A stretch of DNA of 64,000 nt. It comes from Ascoidea asiatica JCM 7603 (taxonomy: Eukaryota; Fungi; Ascomycota). The stretch lies in NCBI GenBank assembly GCA_001600695.1, contig BCKQ01000012.1, positions 210,807 through 274,806 on the forward strand, read 5' to 3'. The translations under genes and the position numbers were made by a program. Below the pieces are notes generated by a model. That model did not search any database. It was not told where the DNA came from and saw only the letters and a list, made by a program, of their open reading frames with translations. Below are positions 49,435 through 60,632 of this stretch, one piece after another (the stretch's first letter is position 1; every line of letters starts with the position of its first letter).

Positions 49435-49497
<63 letters not shown>
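49434..49497. repeat. (TTTA)n microsatellite in the short convergent ESL/PCC1 terminator gap
   Basis: About 15 near-perfect units between the stop codons at 49380 and 49547. Confidence 0.9.
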
Positions 49498-49546
49498 TAA
49501 TAATAATAATAGGAATAATAATTTAATTTTTTTTTAAGTAAACTAT

Positions 49547-49945
49547 TCAACTAAATTCATCAATACATTCAATTATTGATTTAATTGATTCTAATAAATT
49601 ATTAATTGTAACTCTTAAAATTCTTAAAGATGATGAATATAAATTAATTTCTAAAAAACTATTATTTTTATTATTATTTGAAGAAAATGATGATGAAGAT
49701 AGATTTAAGATTAAATCATTTGTATTTTTCTTAAATAATGGATCTACAGAAAGTACTTTTATTATTATATTTATTTGATCTTTATTATTTATTGGAATTT
49801 TTAAATCTCTAAAATAATATTAAATTATATTGTTAGTAATCTAGTTTAATATTTCAATAATTATTTTTAGTTAAACTTACATATTATGAGGGAATTTGGA
49901 ATTAGATATTATTGGAATAGATTCTTTGGGTATTATTTCATTCAT
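49547..49945 (-). CDS. PCC1: KEOPS/EKC complex subunit Pcc1; 2 exons: 49945-49881 and 49808-49547; 108 aa
   Basis: Spliced translation MNEIIPKESIPIISNSKFPHN-IDLKIPINNKDQINIIIKVLSVDPLFKK...LEINLYSSSLRILRVTINNLLESIKSIIECIDEFS resembles yeast Pcc1 (HTLELKIPF..KVLSPDPILK..RVLRVGVSSIIDSIKTIVEAMD). The intron has GTAAGT, TACTAAC and TAG. Confidence 0.93.
49809..49880 (-). other. Spliceosomal intron of PCC1 (72 nt)
   Basis: Minus strand: GTAAGT (49880-49875), TACTAAC (49838-49832), TAG (49811-49809); phase 2. Confidence 0.92.
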
Positions 49946-50289
49946 TCTTTATGTTTTATTTATTAGATTTGATTATTGATTATTGATTATTGATTATTTA
50001 TATTTATATTTATATTTATATTTATTGTTATTTAATTCAATTTATTTATTTCAATTTATTTAAATTTATTTAAATTTATTATATCTAAGTTATTCCGAGG
50101 GCAGTATTATTCTTAAGGAAATACCAAGCCCTCGAGATTGAAGTATTCCGACCTTGATTGAATTTCAAATCACTCCAATTATATGGGACTCCTAAGAGAA
50201 GAGACCACTTTTAAGGAATGAGTCCATTTTTTTATTCTCAAATTACAAAATATGAAATAGTAAAGACAAAATACAAAATACAAAATTCA

Positions 50290-50760
50290 GCCGGTGTCAT
50301 GATATTTTTCACTGCAGATTTAATGAGACTAAATGTGGGGCCGAGTAACGGGTGTGAAAAGTTAAGTTAAGTTAAGCAGTTTGTTAGTTGGGCTCGTCTA
50401 AGACGGCGTCACGTGGCCTGTATATTAATAACTTTAATGCTATTGTTAATGGATCAGACGGAAGAACAGCAGCTGATTTGGACTGGATTTCTGATTTCGA
50501 CTGGCTTTGTTTTCGGTGCTGGAGTCTGTTTACGTTTGTTTACTTTGGAATTTGAATCACACGCAGCAGAATAAAGAGAAAAAGAAGAAAGAGCAGCACG
50601 AGCACCAGCAGCGACTGCGCCGGAGTGGCGAGGAAGCAGCACCGTCGCCACTGAGACCAGCCAACCCTGGAAGCAGTGGCACCAGAGACTTCTCCAACGA
50701 CTCCAAATCAAACATCAGCGCTGAATAAGGGCCATCTCTGACTTATCTCAGATCTTGGAT
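50290..50760. promoter_or_regulatory. GC-rich divergent promoter PCC1 / COM2-like
   Basis: GC-rich block with GTCACGTG at 50408-50415. Confidence 0.5.
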
Positions 50761-51430
50761 AGTAGTATATTCAGCGTATATTTATTGTATATTTATTATT
50801 CTATTTATATTTAATAACCAATTGATTGATTTTATATTGATCATAATCATAATCATAATCATAATCATAATCATTCAATAGAATAGAATAATTATATAGA
50901 AATCAAATGAAGAATTGAAAGAATTGATAGAGAATTGAATAATATAGTAATATAATAATATAGAAATACATATTCCAAAAATATTTAATAAATATTATAA
51001 ATCTAATAAATATTCAATTTATTCAATTACATTACCAATAAAATACTAAATAAATACTAAATAAATACCAATTTTATCAAAATTGATTCAAATTTAGTTT
51101 ATAAAAATAATATAAAAATAATATTATTTTAAATATTAAAAATATTAAAAATATTAAAAATATTACACTATTAACTACAATACTCTGTTTCGTAAAAATA
51201 AAATTCAAAAAGAAGTCAATTTACTTAAAATAAAATTTAATTTGATTTGATTTGATTTATCACTTTACTTTAGTTTAAATAAGTTAACATCTAATTCTTA
51301 TTCATCTTATTCATCATCTTTTGATATACATTTCAAAATTTATTTTATTATATATATATATTTATCTTATCATCAATCAATCAATCAATTAATAACTAAT
51401 CAATTAATTAATATATAACTAGTTATCAAA

Positions 51431-51931
51431 ATGGATCAATCTAATATAGATAACAATAATAATAAATCAACTTATAATTCAAATTTAATTAATGAAATTT
51501 TCTCTTCTGTTGATCTATTAAATATAAATAATCAATCTTTATCCTTAAATTCAAATTCTTCAATACTTAAAGAAATTTATAATGATGAATACTTAAATAA
51601 CAATAACAATAACAATATAAATAACAATATAAATAATATCAATGATAATACAAATAATAATAGTAGTTTTAATTTAGATTTAAATATCAAAAATATGACT
51701 ATAAATAATGATAATAATGATAATAATGATAATAATCATAACAATGATAATATCAATAATATTGATAATACAACCGCCACCACTACCACCACTAATATAA
51801 TAAATAATGATGATGATAATGATAATTTAAGTATAAAAACTGCAATTTCAACAACTGATTTATTAAATTTTAAATCAGAATCTGATTCAAAATTTAATCA
51901 ATTTGATGATTTCTTAAATAATAACAATATA

Positions 51932-51969
<38 letters not shown>

Positions 51970-52555
51970 TAAAGATAATAATAATGATAAATTTATAAAT
52001 AAAAATTTAAACGCTGATATAAATTTTGATAATTTTAATGATATTAATGATATAAATGAATTAAATGAATTAACCGCCATAACTTCAATAAATAATTTAA
52101 ACAATTCAATTGATATAAATAATATAAATAATATAAATAATATAAATAATATAAATAATATAAATAATTTCAATAATATAAATAATTTTAATATAAATTC
52201 AACAATAAATTCAAATATTAAATCAAATTTAGATTCAAATTTAAATTCCATTTATAAAAATATTGAATTAAATAATAGTAATTTAACTTTACATGAAGAA
52301 AAAAATGATAATTTAAATTATTTATCTTCAAATACAAATTTAGATCAATTAATTATAAATAATAAATCTTCAAGATCTACATCTAATTTATCTCCTTTAT
52401 CAACTGGTTATTCATTTAATAATAATAACCTTAATATAATTAATAATTCATCTCCTTTGAATTATTATAATAGAAAAAATTCAATTATTAATGATGATTT
52501 ATCTCTTTCAAATTCAATCTCAAATCAACTTAATATTATTAATTCTCCAGTTTTA

Positions 52556-52588
<33 letters not shown>

Positions 52589-55165
52589 TCTTTTATTTAT
52601 AATCAAAATTTCTCAAGTATGTCAAATTTATCTAATCTATCAAATTTTCAATCTTTAAATCAAAATCAAATTCAAAATGATAATAATACTATAAATAATA
52701 ATAACAACAATAACAACAACAATAACAATCAATTATCTTTTTCAAATCATTTTTCTAATAATTTCAATCAAAAAAATAAAAATTTAAATCATTTGAATAT
52801 TATTAATCCAAAATTATTATTCAATAATAACAATAATAATCTTAATATAAATTTAAATAATATTAACACTAATAATAATACAAATAGTAATAATAATAAT
52901 ACAAGTCAAGATAGTGATGGAGATTTTAATACTTCAATATTTAGTGATGATAATGATTTTCCAAATTATAATAATCCTTTTGATTCAAATAATACTATAA
53001 ATAATTCTATAAATAATAGTAATAATCATTCAAGAAATAATAGTAGATCTAATAGTAGAAATAATAGTTCAAATAATATTAAAAATATTTATAATTCAAA
53101 TCTTTCATCAAATTTATCATCAAATTTTTCTTCAAATTTCTCATTTAATAATCAAACAATAAATTCAATAAATTTATCAAATAAAAAATTATTTACAAAT
53201 TTTCAATTAAATTATGATAATAATATTAATAATATTATTGATAATAAAATTAATAATAATTCAAATAATAATTTAAATAATCTTGATGATATTGATAATG
53301 ATTCAGATGATGAAAAAGAATTTGAAATTGAAAATAATATTGAAAATAATATTGAATATTTCTCAAATACTTTCAATTTAAATTCAAATTATAATTCAAT
53401 AAATAATTTTAATTCAAATTCTTTATTATTTTCAAATAATACAAGCACAAGTACAAGTACAAGTAATAATAATAATAATAGTAGCATTTCAACTTCTCCA
53501 TCAACTTCTAGTAATAATAATTTTAAAAACTATAATATTAATGGTAATCCAAGTACTTTAAAATTTATTATGCCAACAAGTATGAAAATAATTCCAGAAA
53601 ATGATGAATTTGATTATAATTCTATATGTTCAATAAGTTCTGTTAAATCAACTTCGGGTGTTATCGATACTACTTCAAATAATAATACTAATAATGTTGA
53701 TTATAGTAATAATAATAATATAAAAATTGAAAATATTAATAATAATTCGGATATAAATTCAAATATTGAAAATAATTTAAATAATAATTTAAGTAATAAT
53801 TCAGGTAATAATTTAAACACTACTTTAAATAAAAATTTAACTAAAAATTTAACTTCAACAACAAAATTTAAATTCAAACTAAATACAAATGAAACAGAGT
53901 CAGAAATTCCTTCACCAAATTATAAGGAGTTATTCTCAAGTGTTAACTCTGGTTCCAAAATTATGAAAGTAAAAAAGAAATCAAGATACAATATTATTAA
54001 TAGTAATAATAATCACCATCATAATCATAATAATTCTAATTCAAATGATAATAATAAAGTTAAAGAATCTCCAAATATTAATTCAAGATCAAGATCAAAT
54101 TCTCATTCAAATTTATCTTTATTACCTTCATCAATGACTTCAACACAAAAAAGAGAAAGAAAAAATTCAACAATTTCTAAAATTTCTATAAAAGAAAAAT
54201 TAACAAGAAGAGCCAAAAGAGAAATTATACATCATTCAAACTCTAATTCTACTCTGAATAAAAATTCTACAACTAGTTCTACTTCAAACTCAAATTCAAA
54301 TTCAAATACTTCAACTTCTGTTAATCCATCTTCAATAAATTTGAATAATACTATAAAACATAAAATTTCTTTATCTAATATTAATATTATAAAATCACCT
54401 GTAAGAAAATCAAGATTATCAAGAGCTAATTCATTATCTTCTGGTACTTCATATAATACATCATCAATTTTTTCAATGAATATTAATGGAAATCATTTAC
54501 ATAATTATAATAATTCTACAAGTAACTTAAATATCAATAATCTTTCTAATAATTCTAATATAAATAATTCTTCAATTGTTAATATAAATAATGATAATAG
54601 TAGTATATCTTCAATGTCAAATTTAGATACAGAAAGTGCATTAAATAGATCAACAATGGATTTACCATTAACTAAAGCTTTAAGTCCAGAAAATGATAAT
54701 AATATCAATAATAATAACAATAATAATAATAATAAATCACAAGCTAAATTACGTTTAAATTCAACTGGTGGTAGTGGAATATCTAAAATTAGTAATTTAG
54801 ATAATCAAATTATTCCTAAATTACCAAAGACTTTATCAATTAATATTCATTCTGCTAATAGTAATGAAATCACTTCAATTAATTTAATGACACCAATATC
54901 TCCAGAATTAATTGAAAAACAACATTTGATTGTTAATCCGCCTTCAAGAAGAGGTAGAAAAGCAACAACTGAATATGATCCTTCAAAAATATTCTTGTGT
55001 TCATTATGTTCAAGAAAATTCAAGAGACAAGAGCATTTAAAAAGACATTTTAGATCATTACATACTGGTGAAAAACCATTCACTTGTTTCAAATGTGGTA
55101 AGAAGTTCTCAAGATCAGATAATCTTGGTCAGCATATTAAAACTCATGGATTGGAAAAAGATTAA
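51431..55165 (+). CDS. COM2: Msn2/4-family C2H2 transcription factor, closest to the Com2/Mnl1 type
   Basis: RRGRK...[57 protein letters not shown]. The RGRK basic patch and [12 protein letters not shown] are Com2/Mnl1-like; the rest is Asn/Ser low-complexity. Confidence 0.75.
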
Positions 55166-55906
55166 ATACATTTTTGTTCTGGTTTTATAATTGAAAAAAA
55201 AAAAAAATTAAGAAATAATTGGAAATACTTCTAATTTCGATTATTCGATATTAATGACGCTTTTTTGTTTAATTGTATAATTATAATTATATTTGGCTTT
55301 TTTTGTTTTTTTTTTTTCATTTCATTCTATCTTAAATTATTAATTTTTTTTATCTGTTCTTTACATTTTGTTTTGTTTTGTTCTTTTATTATAGTTTCTT
55401 GTTCTTGCATACATTCATTTTTTATACCTAGGTTTAACTCTGTTTGTTTCATATTTATCTCTGTTTATCTTTGTTTATCTCTGTTTATCTCATGTTGGAA
55501 ATGGTTCTTAAAAGTTCCTTGGATATTTTTATTCTTTTGCATCAATATTTAGACGAGCATTTTTTGTAACAACTTTCTTTTTCACTTTATACCAATAAAC
55601 TGTTCAAAACTGCATATATTTCAGAATTTGTAGGGATTTTTAATAGTAAATTACAATAATTGTATAATAAATCATACCGATAAAACAGGGAATTCTTTAT
55701 ATTTAACTTTAGATTATTTAGACCCGAATTCAGTTTTAAGCTCAAACAAATTTTGGACTTCGGCTAATACTGCACAGTGAAAGAGAAGAAAACATGCAAG
55801 CAGAAATCGATTCTTTTAATTGCATTTTCATTGTATCACAATTATGATCCTAAATGATCTCAATAGTAACAATAATATCAAAAGAGTAATGAATAGTTGA
55901 AGGATA

Positions 55907-57001
55907 ATGAAACAACACTTTTCTTTGTTAAAGACTTACATACCTAAAGCTCCACTGGTTCCACAGTCACCTGTGATAACTTCGTTTCATAAATGGTCAG
56001 GAAACTTAAAAAGATTATCTATTGAGGATTTAAACTTAGTTTCACAGGATAAAGATATCATTGATTATCCAAGTTTAAAATCAAATATCTATGCAAATAT
56101 TCTTAGCTCGGCTCCAAGAAAAGATCGAGTTTCTGGGTTGGTGATACCCAGAGATTTGCTTATATCATTGAATCTTTATTCATCACCAAGTAAACCTGAG
56201 AATAAAGAAGTCGAAGAAATCGAAGAAGTTAAAGAGGTTGAAGAAGTTGAAGAAGTCAAAGATGGTGAAGAATTATGGCTTTTGCCTTTGAATAATAATG
56301 ATAAAGTTTTAAAGAGTAATAAAAGAGGTCAAAGTGCCTATATTGGATTAAAATATTCCTTATTAGCAGAAATCAAGAATAGAGAAAATGATTCAAACAA
56401 TAATAATAAAACCAAAAAGAAAAAAAAAACTACGTTTCCTATGGTTAGATTTTTACCAATGGATTTATTGCATGATCTTGATAAGTATACAACAAATGGT
56501 TTATTTGGTAAGAAATTATTCAGATGGAATTATAAAATCGATCAAATAATTATAAGGTTTTATTTAGATTCGTTTCTTGAATTTTTAAATTATTTGAAAA
56601 ATTCCAAAAACATTAAGTTAAAATTTGCAAATTTTAATGAAATTGAATATTCTTTGTTATCACCAGAAACTATAATACTTTCCAATTATGAAAAAGGTGA
56701 TAATGATATTATCAGTAATAATTACTATAACATAAATATTCCAATGAAATCTTATGCAAATCCAACTGTAATAAGTGTAAAGAAATTGATTTTCAATCTA
56801 GAGTCTATTTGTAAAGAAAAATCACTGGAAAGTTCAAATCTATTGAATTACAACATGGAAAGGATAAAAACAATTAAAGAAATGTTTATAGAGTTGATTA
56901 AAGATAAAGATTGTATAATACTTTCGAAAGGAAATAAAGAAAAAAAGTCCATAATTTATTTAAAAAACATCTATTGGCTAAATTGTTTTATTAGCAATTA
57001 A
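55907..57001 (+). CDS. RRG8: Mitochondrial 'required for respiratory growth' protein Rrg8
   Basis: SPVITSFHKWSGNLKRL and SNIYANILSSAPRKDRVSGLVIPRDLLISL resemble yeast Rrg8 (SPLITNFEKWS..., NNLYGRLLASPMR.EKISKL...RELLIPL). Confidence 0.75.
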   Translation: MKQHFSLLKTYIPKAPLVPQSPVITSFHKWSGNLKRLSIEDLNLVSQDKDIIDYPSLKSNIYANILSSAPRKDRVSGLVIPRDLLISLNLYSSPSKPENKEVEEIEEVKEVEEVEEVKDGEELWLLPLNNNDKVLKSNKRGQSAYIGLKYSLLAEIKNRENDSNNNNKTKKKKKTTFPMVRFLPMDLLHDLDKYTTNGLFGKKLFRWNYKIDQIIIRFYLDSFLEFLNYLKNSKNIKLKFANFNEIEYSLLSPETIILSNYEKGDNDIISNNYYNINIPMKSYANPTVISVKKLIFNLESICKEKSLESSNLLNYNMERIKTIKEMFIELIKDKDCIILSKGNKEKKSIIYLKNIYWLNCFISN

Positions 57002-57605
57002 AAAAATAAACAATAATTACAATTATATAAATATATAGATAGCATAAAGCAAATAAATAAGTGTTCTTTTTTATAATATTATAGCCATAATTGATAAAAA
57101 TAAATTAAAATTTTTAAAAGCTTACAATCAAATCTTGAAGATCAAAAAACAAAATTATTAAAATACATAAATTAAAAAAGAAAAGAATTGAAAGAAAATT
57201 TACTATAAAGCAAAATGAAACAAGAATCAAATAAAGGAAAACAAATTTTTTAAAAAAAGAAAAAAAAAAATTAAAATAACTGGAGCTTTATAAGCTTAAA
57301 GGAACAAGAAAATATTAGAATATAAAATATAATATAAGAAATTATATTGACTTTAACGAAGGAATTTAATATCATTGTAAAACTTATTGTCCATTTATAA
57401 AAACAAAGAAAAAACACAAACTGATCTCACTTTATCAAATGTGATGAAACTTGGAAAAACAGCTAATAAAATCAGAAAAAAAAAGAAGATTAGGATTAAA
57501 AGTGATATTGGAAAGAAATTGTAACAAAATTTGATTAAAAGTAAAAAAAATATCAGGTATTGAAATGTGAAAGATGAAAAAAAAAGGATATAAGTGTCTA
57601 AATTA

Positions 57606-60600
57606 TTAGAGTCTAATGATTGAATCTGGTGTTGGAATTGAGAAAAATAGACTTTGCTCAGTTAAATCTGAAGTTATATCCTCACTTAGCTTTAAAGATT
57701 GATCAAATAGAGAATTATTATTTGTAATATTATTATCAATTGTATTGTTTGTTTGGTTATAGTTGTTATCATCATTTGTATTGTTATCATCGTTACCATT
57801 ATCGTTTGTACTGTCTGTTTGATTATTATTATTATTATTATTATTAGTAGTATTATTATCAGTATTATTACTGTTATTACTATCCTGCATGTTGTTATCT
57901 TTATCATTATTCTCAGTTTTATTATCATTACCATTATCACTTCCACTATTATTATCGTTATTGTTGTTGCTATTGTTATCACTATTATTATTATTGTTAT
58001 TATTATTATTATTGTTATTATTATTATTATTATTATTATCTAGGCTAGGATTACTTCTACCAAATGAACCATCATTATCATCATTTTCGTTATTATCTTT
58101 ATTGTTATCCATATTGAAATTAGACAAAAATGAATTATCTTTAATATTCAATGACTCAACTTTTCTATGTTTTTTACTTGAATTTACTGGTTTCCTTATT
58201 TTTGAAGAATCTGTGATAATCCCGCTATTATTAACAATTGGTTTATTTGTAGGATTTGAAGGTAAAAATGGTTGCTGAGAGTAAGATAAATTATTCATTA
58301 TACCTGGATACATAGCTTGATTATATATCTGCTGCTGTTGTTGTTGAGGTAGTGATTGTTGTTGTTGCTGTTGTTGGAACTGAAGGGCAGCAGCAAAATT
58401 TAAAATATTTGGATTTGATAATATATAAGGATTTATTGCACCTGGAGTTCCTAAGGAAACAGCAGCTGCTGCCGCAGCTGCAGCAAATTGTTGAGTAGTA
58501 ATATTTGTACCTGAATTTAAATAAGGATTTAAAAGTGGATTAAATTCCATGGAATTGATTGGATTTGTTTGAACTATTGAAGAAGGTGCAGATTGTGGGG
58601 TTGGATTGTTTGGTAATTGTTGTGGCTGAGTTTGTAAAATTGGAGTAGGTGAAGAAGTTCCAACAGGAGTAACAATTGGAATAATTGGAATTGTTGGTAT
58701 ATTTGTTTGAGATAATGTTTGTAATGGAGTTTGAGAATTTGAAGGAGTATTAAAAGTTGCTCTAAATTCATCAGAATTGAAATAATCATTTAAATTTTTT
58801 TCAACTTCAGTTTGTTGTTGTAAAAAAGAAGTTGAAGAAAGAGGATCAATATTTTGTTTTTGTAATATAAAATCATTTGAATTTGTATATAAAGGTGGTG
58901 GAATTATTGGAGAATCGAAAGTCTGATTAAGATTTGAATCTAAATTGAATAAATTACTTTCAGGATTTAAAAAATCGGTCATTATTGATGGATCAAAAAA
59001 ATTATCAGGAGGTATATAATCTAAAGGAAATCTATCATCTTCATCTTCAACTTTATTGTTATTATTATTGTTATTATTATTGTTATTATTATTGTTATTA
59101 TTATTGTTATTATTGTTGTTATTATTATTGTTATTATTATTGTTATTATTAATATCATTTTGTAAAGTAAAAGAATTTAAATCATTCTTAATATTATTAT
59201 CATCATTTAAATCTGTTGAATTTAATAATTGATTGAAATTGAATTGATTATCAAATTCTTCAGATTTTAAATTTTCAGGAGTTTGATTATTTGTTGATTG
59301 TGAAGATTGAATTGATTGATTTGTTGATTGATTAGTTGATTGATTAGTTGATTGGCTAGTTGATTGATTACCTGATTGATTTGAAGATTGATTTATTGAT
59401 TGATCAGATAATTGATTAGTAATTTGTATTGGTAAATGTAAACTTGGTTGAATTGAATTTTGCATATTATTCTGTAAATTATTCTGTAAATTATTTTGTA
59501 AATTATTTTGTAAATTATTTTGAAAGTTTGATTGAAAGTTATTTTGTAAATTTGATTGAAAGTTTTGCTGTTGTTGTTGTTGTTGAATTGGGATTGGCAT
59601 TTGATTTTGGAATTGGATTGGCATTTGCATGGGCATTTGCAATGGAATTTGTAAAGGCATTTGTAAAGGCATTTGAATTGGAAATTGCATTGTATTTGAT
59701 AATGGAATTTGATTTTGAATTTGATTTTGAATTTGATTTAAATTTTGATTTAAATTTATATTTGAGTTTACATTTTGATCCAAGTTTTGATTTTGATTAA
59801 TATTTGAATTTTGATTAATATTTAAATCTTGTGGTAAAGAAATATTTGAATTTGTAATTATTGATGAATTTGGATTTGAAATTGAATTTGAATTATCAAT
59901 TGTAGTAGATGAATTTGAATTATGAGGAAAATAAGGTTGAGCAGATTTATCATTTAAAGGAATTTTAAAAAAAGATTTATATTTACTTTTATGAAATTCT
60001 ATATGATCATTATATTGTTCTAATAAAGATTTTGAATCATCAAATTTAAAACTTGTTGAAGGTTCATATTTTGGTATTGAAATTAATTTACTTTTATTAT
60101 CAATAATATTTGAAGATTTATTTAAATTTTTTTTTTCTCTTTTTAAATCTCTTTCTAAAGCATCAATAAATAATTTATCATGAGGAACACTAAACCAAAA
60201 AAATACTTTTTGTTTTTTTTGAGTTCTTAAACAATTATTTTTATATAAAAATTGTAAAAAAATAGATTTTGGAGGTTCTAAAACTGCATCATTACCACAT
60301 TTTAAATTTCTTAAATCTGAGAAAATACCTTCTTCAAATTTTTTACGATCTAAAATTTCTCTACCAAAATTTTTAAATCTATAAGTTATAATTTTTACAA
60401 TATCAGTACCAGTAATGAAATATAAATTTTTCCAAAATACACAAGATATAAAACCTTCATCATGATTAAGATAATATCTTCTAATAATTTGAGAATTTTG
60501 CCATTTTGCAGGAGCTGTAATTAAAAAAAAATTTAAATCATCAATTAATCTAATTCTATTTTCAACAGGTTCAATTTCCATACCATTTGTTGGATCAATG

Positions 60601-60632
60601 ATTTTTGTTGATTGATGAGAATAATCAGACAT
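57606..60632 (-). CDS. STE12: Ste12/Cph1 transcription factor
   Basis: STE domain: DDLNFFLITAP..W, IRRYYLNHDEGFISCVFW, FITGTDIV, KKFEEGIFSDLRNLK, CLRTQKKQKVFFWFSVPHDKLF.DALERDLKRE. Conserved FPLDY motif; no C-terminal C2H2 fingers (yeast type). Confidence 0.97.
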   Translation of the reverse strand: MSDYSHQSTKIIDPTNGMEIEPVENRIRLIDDLNFFLITAPAKWQNSQIIRRYYLNHDEGFISCVFWKNLYFITGTDIVKIITYRFKNFGREILDRKKFEEGIFSDLRNLKCGNDAVLEPPKSIFLQFLYKNNCLRTQKKQKVFFWFSVPHDKLFIDALERDLKREKKNLNKSSNIIDNKSKLISIPKYEPSTSFKFDDSKSLLEQYNDHIEFHKSKYKSFFKIPLNDKSAQPYFPHNSNSSTTIDNSNSISNPNSSIITNSNISLPQDLNINQNSNINQNQNLDQNVNSNINLNQNLNQIQNQIQNQIPLSNTMQFPIQMPLQMPLQIPLQMPMQMPIQFQNQMPIPIQQQQQQQNFQSNLQNNFQSNFQNNLQNNLQNNLQNNLQNNMQNSIQPSLHLPIQITNQLSDQSINQSSNQSGNQSTSQSTNQSTNQSTNQSIQSSQSTNNQTPENLKSEEFDNQFNFNQLLNSTDLNDDNNIKNDLNSFTLQNDINNNNNNNNNNNNNNNNNNNNNNNNNNNNNNNNKVEDEDDRFPLDYIPPDNFFDPSIMTDFLNPESNLFNLDSNLNQTFDSPIIPPPLYTNSNDFILQKQNIDPLSSTSFLQQQTEVEKNLNDYFNSDEFRATFNTPSNSQTPLQTLSQTNIPTIPIIPIVTPVGTSSPTPILQTQPQQLPNNPTPQSAPSSIVQTNPINSMEFNPLLNPYLNSGTNITTQQFAAAAAAAAVSLGTPGAINPYILSNPNILNFAAALQFQQQQQQQSLPQQQQQQIYNQAMYPGIMNNLSYSQQPFLPSNPTNKPIVNNSGIITDSSKIRKPVNSSKKHRKVESLNIKDNSFLSNFNMDNNKDNNENDDNDGSFGRSNPSLDNNNNNNNNNNNNNNNNNNSDNNSNNNNDNNSGSDNGNDNKTENNDKDNNMQDSNNSNNTDNNTTNNNNNNNNQTDSTNDNGNDDNNTNDDNNYNQTNNTIDNNITNNNSLFDQSLKLSEDITSDLTEQSLFFSIPTPDSIIRL

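Noticed and set aside
50454-50728. Short ORFs in the PCC1/COM2 intergenic island (likewise 61255-61488 and 27717-28046)
   Set aside because: Same GC-island or low-complexity artefact; no family resemblance.
41127-59800. Poly-Leu/Ile 'membrane' ORFs (e.g. 41127-41447, 43911-44144, 51898-52251, 57753-58278, 59429-59800)
   Set aside because: Antisense or shifted-frame shadows of (AAT)n tracts inside real genes.
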